The translations under genes were made by a program, and so were the position numbers. Source: Spironucleus salmonicida (taxonomy: Eukaryota). Taken from it: a stretch of DNA of 64,000 nt. Shown here piece by piece: positions 50,466 through 61,804 of this stretch; position 1 is the first letter of the stretch; every line of letters starts with the position of its first letter. The DNA lies in assembly GCF_000497125.1 (NCBI RefSeq), contig NC_090596.1:1736001-1800000 (forward strand). The letters are read 5' to 3'. The notes below the pieces were generated by a model that was not told the origin of the DNA, did no database searches, and saw only the letters and a list, made by a program, of their open reading frames with translations.

Positions 50466-53400
50466 TCAAAGAAGTCTGCTTTTGAGTTCAGCTTATACAG
50501 CACTCGCATATTCTTATGCATATTACCTAATTTCCTATATGTCCGCCCGATATTTAGTTAATTACTATTGTTATTTATCAACTTTATGCTCTAATTAATG
50601 CACATGTTGCTCAGATCTTTCTTTAAAGTTTCGTTCTTCTCTTGCTCGTTTTCTAAAGCTCTTACGTTACTCTTCACTAGCTGCTAATTATGCTTTTAAA
50701 TCAATCATTTCTTTTTCCAGATCCATAAATTTCCTTTTAACGGATAATAAATTTTCCACTTAATTTATCAATTCAGAATCTTCATTATGTCCTCCAAAAT
50801 GACTCCTAATTAAATTTCTGAGTTCAGAAAATACCTATCGTAAATTAGCTAATTACTCATCTTGTAAATCTTTTGTTTATGATAGCCTATCATATTTATT
50901 TCTAACATTTTAAAGATCTTCAATTTCCGTTTTTTGCTCTTTAATAGTAAGATCTTAAACTTCAATATGATTTTTGAGTTCAATTATTTATCGCTTACAC
51001 ATATCATATTCTTCTAAAGTATTTTTAAGATCTAATTCATATCTTGCTACCTATCTTTATAAATACTCTTCATTTTAAATTGCAGAGTTGGCTAACTTAA
51101 ATTACTGTAATTAAGTTTCTAGAAGCTCTACTTTTACTTTAAGATGATTAATTTCATTATTATCAGACAAAGACATTTATTAGTGACTCATCTATTATGG
51201 ATAGTTATAAATATCAAATTACTATAATTTTGGAGATTTAGAATCTATTTATTATGGAGTGAAGTTTTGTTCATTTAATAATTAAAATGATACTGATTTT
51301 TTGTTTGGAGATATATGATCAGGAGATTAGTTATTTTAAGTAGACTAGAATGACTATGGAGTTAACGACCTTTAAGATTATTATTTTGATGATAATTAGT
51401 CCATATAACCTTATAAAAATACCTTTAATTCCTCTATCTTCTATCCTAATTAACTTTAAATATCAAATTTACCAAAATTATCTAAAATTAATATTATACT
51501 TTATTCTAATGACTTAAATTATGAAAGATACTCTGATTTCGGTGATAAAATTTACACTTTTTCGGTAACTATGTTTAATTTATGATGGATAGTTTTCATA
51601 TCTATTTAGGTAACAAAATCATAAATTTAATTTAGTTGACTTACTAAATTTTAACTACAGCAAAGGTGTTATTATTATTCCTAGGAACTTATGTTATTAG
51701 TATTGTTTTTGAATTTTATTACTGATTCAAAAATAGCCTGAGTTTATTATTAAATCTATTTAAAAGTTTCAGATTGATCTAAGCTAGTAAAAGCAACGAG
51801 AACTTATTATAAAAGAATCATTTGTTAATTATTATCATTTAAAGCTTATTTGAGTAATAATGTGATCTATTAGTATTATTGAATAATTATTTGATCGTTA
51901 CTAGCTTCATTTTCACATGATGAATTCACTGTAATTTCATTTAATTTATCTGATAATAGCCTATAATTGCTTAAATTACGCTATTATGATTCTTAAATAT
52001 TTATCATGATTTATAATTATTCTTAGTTTAATTTGAGTAATGATTATTATTTAATATCGTAGCAACTTAATGAATCAACTATTTCCTAAATCTTAGAGGT
52101 TAAATTTTGTGAATTATTAAACTATTATTCAAAACTTGCATCTACTTATTTAATATCTTTTCCATTTTAACATTAAATATCTTCTACTAATTATTTCAGA
52201 TTGCTTGTGATACTCAATAATTCTTCATTAGATTTAAGATTACCTTAATACTTATTTTAAGTATTGACAGTACTTATTTATTAATCTATTAATTACTGCT
52301 AAAGATTAGAATTAATTTTAGACATTTATTAAATCTATAAATTCTAAGAATTAAGCAATTCTTTTTAATTTTCAATAATATTTTCATAAGATTCTTAATT
52401 CTATCCAGATAACTTTATTAAATTATTAGAAGACTTAACTTAATTATTATTCTATTATATTAGTTATTTTTCTTACTAAAGTATACTTAAATTATCTTAG
52501 TGCTAAGGCTTTATTAGCGAATCTTACATAGTAGAACATAATGAAATTGACTTAGATCCTTATAACTACTACTTATCTTACTATTATCTCTAGTTAATTT
52601 CTGATTATAAATTTAATATCTATCGTTTTAATTCTAAAATGGCTTAGTCTTTAATAAATAATTAATCTTAATATTCAGTAGATGCATTATTTTTATTAGA
52701 GACTTGTATTTATAAATTTTGGATTTGTTTCTTAAGTTCGTTAGTATTAGCCTAATACTCTTCATAGTGTTTGCTCTCTGATTCTGTTAACTGCTATTAA
52801 TGTTCTAATTATTATTATAAATTATCTATGTCCTATTAATGTTTCTATGAGCAGACGACTTAAGTTTATTCCTAGACTTCTTGAGTTTAAAAATTTTTCA
52901 ATACTATTACTTAATTTTCTAAATTTTCTATGTTTTCTTATAATTTCTATGTTAACGAATTATTTTGATTATTTGCATAAAGTTATTCATATTTTTATGT
53001 ACATGATTTATTTTATTATTCTAATTCAGACTAGGTATTTTTCAGAGTAAGTATTTCTTAATTTAGTAGCTTAATTTTTGATAATAGCGATTAATTAAGT
53101 AATGTTTATGTAGTGATTTATGTGTTCAAATCATCAATAACTTAATTATATTATTACTTTATTCTATCTATTTATTTTTATTAATCCATAATACTAAATG
53201 TAGTCTAATTAGCATCCTTTAGTAATAATTATTATTACAGTTCCGAAACTTAGATTTAAGACTCATTAAATTTTTAACTTAATTAATTAATTTTAATTTA
53301 AGTCAAATTTTCTACTTCTTCTAGATTTTACTTATATATATTTTATTACGCAACATCTTTCTAGGGTTAATTTTTAATAACAAGATTTTATTATGTGAGT

Positions 53401-56400
53401 AAGGAATTTTATTCAAATAAATCTGATACCTGCTTATTTAAATTTTCAATACGTAATAAATATTGGGACTTAATTTCTTCAATAATATTATCATTTTACT
53501 TTAGTGCTATTATATTTTTTTGTTAATTATCTTTTATCTATTTCGCTAATTACTCTTGTGATTAAATGTAAAGTATAGATAATTTATCATAGTTATCTTA
53601 TAATGTAGAGATTTAGCACATTTATGATTAATATTAATTTGTTCCTAAATTTAAATCTTTAATTTCTATATCCTTAACCTATTTCATTAGCTTTTACTAG
53701 CAAATGTTTAATTCCGATTCTAATAATTATACCTATTATAGTTTTTCTTCCAATTTATTATTAAGTAAAGTGATAATATTTTCTTTCTCGACTTAAACAT
53801 CCTAATAACTACTGAGCATTTATTATAAGTCACAATCTGTCTCTGCATTAACACCGGCGGTAGTATCTTTATTAATAATATTTTATATATCTTTATTAAG
53901 ATTATCTAATTTCTAATTAGCTTGCCTTTATTGTACTAAAATCTGATTATAAGCATCATCATTATATTTAGTTGCAGATATATTGGATTGCTTCTCTAAT
54001 TATAAGAGAGTGATTTATAAAAGTTGTTAAAGTTAATCTTATTTACTTACAGATGATGTTAAATTATTTTAAATCTTTAAATCAAGCTCGTTAATTTTAT
54101 TACTTATTGTAATGAATTTTTACGCTGGATAAGAAAGTTTAATTTAATTTAAAACTTAACACATGTCTAACTAAGATTAACAAAATTACTAAACTTACTT
54201 TAATAAATTAGAATTGTTATAATCTAAATCAACTTTTAACTATTTTAATTCAGTCTGATCTTACAAAACTGTTGAAATTTATTATTATGCATGTTAAATT
54301 TGTGATTCATAGCCTTCTATAGCGTTTTACTTATTATCTACAACAATTTTTAACTACTTATTTTCTAAAATTAAAGCCTAATTTACTTTATTACACTCAT
54401 CAATATCATCTTATTATAAGCTATTTTATGTCATTCGTACACTGGATAGCACCCCATCCATTTACAAACATGAATCTGATAATTTTTTAATATCCTCTAA
54501 TAGCTAAGAATTTTCAGTTTATAATGATTTATTTTATAAACTAATCTTCTCTTTTTCAATAGCTAGCTACTAAATAGCAGAAATACTTGTGTGTAATTCT
54601 TATTTTAGTTTCTCATTTTCACTAGAAATATCATTCTTCTATGAACTTAGTTTCAGTGATGTTGCCAATATTTCATCATATTACTAATTATTTTAACTAT
54701 TGTTAGACTGTAATAATTACTTAAAATTAGTACTTACTACTGCAAAATCTTACAAGATCATATCCATTGATTAATCTGTAATTATTGAGACTTCAGGTAA
54801 CAATGCTTAATCAACTTATATATTCGTTTGTGTTAAAGTAAGCAGTGAATGCTTAAGATCTTAAACTTAATCCGCTAAGAACTATTTTGTAGCATTTTAA
54901 TTAATAAGTTAGTCGTTTAGTTCCTATGATAAAATTGAATTATCTATAACCAATTGATGTTATTACTAATCTATTGATTTAATTTTATTAGATAACATTT
55001 ATATTTTATCTTATAATTCTTTAATTTTAAAAATAATCTAATGACTTTACTAATTAAAATTATTACTGAAACATGAGTTTATCAACGATTCAAAATCTAA
55101 AGGAATAGTTTTTTATCCATGAACTACTAATAAATTTTACTAAGGCAATATTTATGTTTGCTGACTTTAATTTAGTGTTATCTTTTGTGTATCCATAGGA
55201 TCAGGTGTATATTCTTAACGTTTATTGTGTAATTCTTATACTTAGTACTGCAAATCTTATATTATAGCTTATTGCTCTTTTAGTTTCTCTAAGTTCTCCT
55301 ACTTAATGTTTCCTTACTATAAAATAGTAGCTAATTATTCTTTAAGATCATTAATTAATTACTATTTTGATAGATTTTGCTCTTTCAGTGTATTAATCTA
55401 ATCTATATACTTTGATTATTCATCCTTTCCAGAATTAACAGATGCATTAATAAGTGAATCTTTAATATCTTATAAGTAATTTTCATTTTACTCTCTCAAC
55501 AAAGATATTTATGTAGTACTTTAGAGTAAACTATCTTTAGTTTTTTATGAAAACTCCTCCAATTCTTTGATATGTTCTAAATTTTTATTAGTTTACACTT
55601 ACAAATATTATTGCTCTTTATCCAACTCGAAATATGCTTCTTCTAAGCAATTAAACTAATGACATTTTTTATCTAGTTGATTTTTAATTTGTTCTAATTA
55701 ACCTGTAACCTTTAATTTTTCCTAATTCACTTAATTATATTTGGCTTTTTCCAAAGTCAATTCTTTACCACACGCCTGATTACTATTAGATAATTCAATA
55801 ATTTTCTTTTATTACAAATTTTAATCTTCCATATCTTAATCCATTAACTCCAATATATTCGATAATTCAGTATTTTACTTATTTAATGAATCTATAAGTA
55901 TATTCGCCTATACTTTTTCTTAATAAATAACTTCATATTTTTACTAAAGCAATTGAAGTTCTTATTTACAATTTAATAAATCTTATTCAACCACAATTTT
56001 TTACTCTTAAAGATAACGTAATGCATCTAGATCAGCAGGCCCTGGTGTAAATTCTGTATCAGTTTTCGATTAATACATGGAAGTTTCCTCAGTTAAAGAT
56101 GGTCTAAAAGCATCAGAAATTTTAGGCCTTTCAGACTTTAAAATTTCATTTTACGTCTATAGTTTCTTAAGCTAGTTAGTTAACAATTATATTTCTTGTT
56201 AATAACTAGGAGAAGTTGACTATAATTATTACTTATCATTTTCTAATATAGTAATTCGTTTTAATAAGTCAGAGTTTCTATTTTCTTATTCTTATATTTT
56301 TATCTCCTTCTCAAATATAGTATTTTATATACTTTAATAATTGGATACTGTTGTATCTCTTTCTTCAATCGTTTTAGCCAATAAATCTTTCAAAGCCGAA

Positions 56401-56408
56401 TTTGACAT
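50466..56408 (-). CDS. Giant Gln-rich coiled-coil protein, about 1980 aa
   Basis: MSNSALKDLLAKTIEERDTTVSNY.. is in frame with ..AELKSRLL*; spot checks found no internal TGA. Confidence 0.7.
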
Positions 56409-56522
56409 TTTAGAAATTTTTATTGAAAATTCTATTATATTAATATATAATTATAAATATGAAATTTGGTAGAAATAATTAGAAATAACGTTATTATATA
56501 TAAAATAATCTCATAAATAAGA

Positions 56523-57476
56523 ATGATTGAAACATTAACGTACCTTATTGAATCGGGAAATATTTCAGCTATTAAGTCTATTATTCCTACAATAAATAAT
56601 AATGACCATAATATTATATTCGTCACAAACCCATCAATATATGCATTTATTTGTAAACATTATAATGTGATACCTCTTAAAAAGTTTCAGCCATTACTTT
56701 AGTTTATTCCTTCTTTGAAGTTTAATCTCAAGCCACTTATATAGATATAGCTTCTCAAACCTTCTTCACATATTAAAAATATACTTTCTAAATTTTTAAA
56801 GAAAGAACCTCAACCTATTGCTAACCCATATCTGTTAATTTAATAGTCTGATTTTACAAAGCCAAGAGATAACAGACTTCCACTTTTTTTAAATCCATAC
56901 TTTTACCATACTGTTGATTAGAATATTCATAGCTCTTATTTAGCATATAAAGCTTTAGATGCTGCATTAAAAGCTGGCCCAACTGGATCTATTTAAATTA
57001 ATTTGCCTTAATAATATATTTTTAAAACAAATGATACTTTGCATAGTACTATAGAATTTGCCAAATCAATTCTAACTAAAAATTAAGAATTTACTCTTAA
57101 AAATTAGCCATAACTTATATCAACTACATTTACAAGAATATTAAAGCAAGTTGCAGAATGGAGTTTTAAACACACGTCATAAGTTTACCCTGATCCACTT
57201 TAATTAGTCATTACAAGTTTATAGGGAGAGATCGTAGATAGTTCGTTTTTGGCTACTATCTCAGTTCATAAATTTTGTTGCATTACAGTAGCTGTTTTAA
57301 TTGAAATATAAGCAGAATTAAAGCTAGAAGTTTGGAGGTATTTGCTTATGATTTTAAGTTTTGATAAAGTACCTATAGAACTCTAAGGATATGTATTAAT
57401 GCTTTTCAGATTATGCTTAGGAAGCAAAGAAACTGATGGATATTTATATAGACTGGAAAAATAAATATTTGTGTGA
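56523..57476 (+). CDS. Hypothetical protein, 317 aa
   Basis: Frame read continuously from ATG 56523 to GTG-TGA. Confidence 0.7.
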
Positions 57477-57485
57477 TAATTATTT

Positions 57486-58400
57486 TCACTAAAATTCTTA
57501 CGATCTTAATTTATCTAATTTTAATAAGAATAACTATAGATTAGCATAATCTTCTTTATTAGTAACTTTACTACCCAACATTTATATATGTCTAATAATT
57601 TCTGTCTTACTATCTGTTGGTCGTAAATTTTATTGTTATGCTTGTAAAAAATAATTAATATAATAATATAGTGGATTTGTCTAACTAAACCACTTTTCTA
57701 TAGTTATTAATCTAGGGTTTCTAGCTAATTCTAAACCAATCATATAACCGGCGACATTATGCATGTTACATAATTCCTCTCCGTGTTCTTTCGATTTAAT
57801 ACCACCATTAATTATTATTTTAAATGAAAAGTTTTATTACTAAATTAAAGCTACAGCACTAAAATCAGTATTCTCTCGCTAGGCCTTTTAATTGCTTAAT
57901 CTCTTTCGTCGAGCATGTATAATAACAGTATCCACTATATTATTAAATTATTCAAAAAATTAAATATCTGTTGACTAATCTTCTGGTAATCTAACTTTAA
58001 CTGAAATTTTTCCAAAATAATTTTGTTTAAGGTCTGATAAACACTATTTTATTAAATTTTTAGGGAAATATTCACCATAGCCCGCTTTTTAAGCGCATTG
58101 TGCTGGGCAAGCTAAATTTAAATTGATACCAGAAATATTTAACTAAGAAATGAAAGGGAGTGCTTTAATTAAGGATTCAATAGTTGGTGATACTACTTAC
58201 AACTATGTTGATAACTTATCTATTTCTATAAATGATGTCAATAGTTATTATTTATATAAATCATTATAATTAATTGCTTCTGTACTAAACATTTAAGTAA
58301 TAAATAAGACTCCAGGGTGATAAAATCTTAGGAGTTAACGATATGCTAACCCAGTTAAATGACACATTGGCGCATAATAAAAGAGTATATTATTACTCAT
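57486..58400 (-). CDS. tRNA-dihydrouridine synthase, 304 aa
   Basis: YAPM, INLNLACP (catalytic Cys), ISVKVRL, IIHAR, IINGGI, YMIG..ARNP. Confidence 0.9.
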
Positions 58401-58629
58401 TCTGTTATAACTTCTTTTCTAATATTTTATTATATTACCATATAAATTTAAGATAAATTCTATTTTTGTTTAAATCGATAATGACAACTCTAAACTTTCT
58501 TTAATGCATCATACCTATAATATATGTATTTTGAGAAGAGTAATGAATATAATACGTCATTAAACAGCTAATTCTGTTTTCTATAAATTTTATTCAGGCC
58601 CTCTGAACCCGTTCGAGTGAGATAAGTTG

Positions 58630-58857
58630 TCACGCGCCGTGGAACAGGCCCTGGAGCTTTTGCGCACGGTCCTTTTCCGGCGGGGAGAAGTAAGCCAGGC
58701 TGGTGCCTTCGTAGTTGGCCACGGTCTCGTTGAGTCGTGCAATTTCCTGGTCGCGGTCCTGGATGGCCAGTGACTGCTCCTGTATCGTGGTCTGCTGCTG
58801 CGTGAGAGCGCTCTGTAGGATGGTCAGCTGCATCTGAATGTTGGAAAGGGCGTCCAT
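58630..58857 (-). CDS. Small coiled-coil protein, 75 aa
   Basis: MDALSNIQMQLTILQSALTQQQTTIQEQSLAIQDRDQEIARLNE..; GC-rich codons. Confidence 0.7.
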   Translation of the reverse strand: MDALSNIQMQLTILQSALTQQQTTIQEQSLAIQDRDQEIARLNETVANYEGTSLAYFSPPEKDRAQKLQGLFHGA

Positions 58858-58872
58858 TGACTGGGTTCGCAA

Positions 58873-60555
58873 TCACTCGCTCCACATCGCGAGGAGCTCC
58901 GGGCCGCTGAGGTGCATGTGCTGCACCACCGCTGAGGTGGAAACGTCATGCAGCACTGCGTACCGCACCGCGTGGTACACAAAACCCCTCTGGCACAGGA
59001 AGGCGGCCTTGAATTGTTCCATGGCGTCTGCAAACCTGGCGACCAGTAACCCCAGCACTTGCTGTACCCACTCCCTCCCCAGATGCTGCTCGAGCTGCGC
59101 ATAGGAGAGGTGGTCCAGCCCGGCCCGGTCTAGCACACCTCCTAGCTCCCTCTAGAGCACGTTGAGGTCTTGGCAGCTGGTGGTAGTGATGCAAATTGCC
59201 GAAAAGAAGAGGCCTTTGGAGAGCGCATATTCGCTCAGCTGGAGGGCAGTCCCATACCTCACCATCAACTCCACGATCTAGTGCTGAAACTTGCAGGCAT
59301 CCATGACTTCCAATGCCTGTGGCAAGTAGCGCTCCTGCACTGTTGATTCCACCTGACAAAATATAAGGAAGAAGAGTAACTGGTAGCGCGTCTGAGATAG
59401 CATATCAGAGTTTGACATTATTGTCAATAGGTCACTGAAAAATCTGCCTGGTATATTGGCACATGTTTATCCCCTACTGTACACCTCTACCCACTGTTCC
59501 GCTGTTTCTTGTTCTACTATATCGGCTATTGGTTCAAAACATGTCATCCCTTTCTAGAAAGTGATTTGGTTTGAGAAATATTGACTGGTCAATAGAGCTG
59601 CCCATGGATGTACAGGTAACTCTTGTACGTCGACACTAGAACATTGTTAGCGAATAAGTGCTAAGCATCCAACCAGAGTGTGGGTGAAGATGTTGTCGTC
59701 AGATAACAATTCATCTGTGCACATAATTAGTTCTATCTTACCAGAATTATCATCTACAACCGAAGAGATGCTGTGGTACTACTTTTCAATCTCAGAAACA
59801 CAGAGATCTGTCAGGTACCTAAGCATATCTCTCACTATCTTAGCATTCTACATGGAATCCGCATGGAATGCCTATAGCATAATATCCAAGAGCCTGCGTT
59901 GGATATCCTACAGTAATCTAACGCGATAAAATGCATCGAATGTAAAGATATCACGCACAGTACTCACCAGGATCTCAAGATCGGTTGTAGTAATATTCGC
60001 CGCGATGGACTACAAAATTACTACAATCATGCTGTACGCTGCCTAGCTCAGCTCTTGCGCTAGTTTTTTGTGCAAAATATCTAACACTTACTTGAGGGAC
60101 AGCTCAACAAGCTGGTTACTAACTGCGGAGAGCACCATGTAGTCTTTATCAATGAGTTCCCCGTTTACTAGAGCGAAACTGGATAGGATATAGTCTAGGG
60201 ATATTCCCTGCGTGACATGGGATATGATGATTTGGTTAAGGTCAAAAACCAGGCGCTCATTGCTCTCTAAGCACAGGACTCCATTGGAGCTCACGTAAAG
60301 TCCGTCGCCGCATTAGTGAATATCCTCTGGTTGTTGGATAGACTGCATGTACCGCGAGGTCTGATTTGTTAGGTGGTAGATATTTATCGTTCCACCATTT
60401 AGGTCAGCCATGAGGTTGTTCGATAAGATACAGGGGATATTCACAGAAATCTCAAAAGACGTGACTGCCGCTGTTCTCAGATCAATTGACTGTAAAAGTT
60501 ATTCCGAAGCCACCATGAGTGTGTCATTGCTTAAATAACACGATGAAGGGAGCAT
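58873..60555 (-). CDS. GC-rich hypothetical protein, at least 560 aa (true start uncertain)
   Basis: TAR=Gln joins track ORFs 60088..60294 and 58873..59136. The frame stays open upstream to 60816, but the first in-frame ATG is at 60555. Confidence 0.65.
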
Positions 60556-60812
60556 GCGCTTGACTCTGCAAGCCGATTGCAGGTCCACAGATATTAAGGT
60601 GATCTCCAGCTCGCACAGAAATTCAGGTCTCGCTAGTTGAAGCGCCTGGGTAACCTTGAAAATGGACTGGAACACCTAGTTCCTCGGCTTCGGCTAAAAC
60701 TGTGACAAGTTGAATCTCTTCAGTTGGTATACGTGTCCATGTATCTCGATAAGTTATTAATATTTAAAATTTATAGTAAATCTAAAATTATAAAAATAAA
60801 ATATATATAAAA

Positions 60813-61454
60813 TCACTCATTTAAAAGCTAAACCTCAGGTAAATCTTCAGATAAGGAATCATTTAATATCCTGAAATCTTCTATTTACGTATTTTACTAC
60901 TATTCTTCAAAACCTTCAATCAATTAAGAGGATTCTTTATGTAGATTTTGCTAATTGACTATAGTTAGCTATTAAACCTGTTTTTTATAAAAAAATTATT
61001 TTATATTCCAGAGAAACTTATTTATTCTAGTTCTTCCTGTTAACTATAAAGAATTCTAGTTCCAGAATTAAAAATTTTAGAATGCTTCTATTATAATTTT
61101 ATTAGAATAATTATAATATTTATAAAATTATTACTAAGGGGTACTAGTATTATATTGCTTAACAAATTCAGTTAGTTTTATTTATAAAGAATTACAGTTA
61201 ATAAAGTTTTTAAACTATTAATTGTAAATCATCAGGATAAATAATATTAATTTTAATTCGCCATAAAATGCTACTTTTTAATATGCAGTAAAAATATTTT
61301 CAAAAAATTGAAAGAGAATTATTGATATCCAAAAATTAACAATAACAGTAAACTATTTTATGGAGGAAATTAATTCTTTAATAGTTATTTTTAAGCCTAA
61401 TATGTAAATAATTAGTGAATAAATAGGATAGAACTGACAGAAACCTTTAAACAT
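60813..61454 (-). CDS. TB2/DP1/HVA22 (REEP/Yop1)-like ER-shaping membrane protein, 213 aa
   Basis: FYPIYS..VNFWISIILFQFFE..FYGELKLILFILM resembles the REEP pattern YP..YW..E..PFYY.LK..FLLW. Confidence 0.6.
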
Positions 61455-61804
61455 TTTTGGGAATTTAGAAATATATAATTAAATAAATATAATAATATAA
61501 TTATTAATATTTCTTGCATATCATTAAGAGTTATTTTTATTATTAAATATCATATATTTAGTCAACTGAATAAAAAAATTATATCCACAAATCTTGTTGC
61601 ATTAATTTCGTAACAATATCATAATTTATATTATATATATTAATTATAATGATATTAAATAATTGGGTAAGTAATCCTATTATTATATAGAATTAAATAA
61701 ATGAGTTATAAAATAAACCACAAATAAAATCACAATTAATATTAAATATTATCATTCGAATAATTATAATTATAAGCAAATCTAGCTTACCATTTCATCA
61801 AAAA

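Noticed and set aside
58568-59929. Multiple overlapping track ORFs (58568..58885, 58824..59102, 58838..59104, 58946..59359, 59678..59929)
   Set aside because: They are shadow frames of the two GC-rich minus-strand genes.
60694-60732. Spliceosomal intron starting GTATAC after ATG GAC AC
   Set aside because: There is no branch-point ACTAAC, and the nearest CAG/TAG acceptors do not restore the frame.
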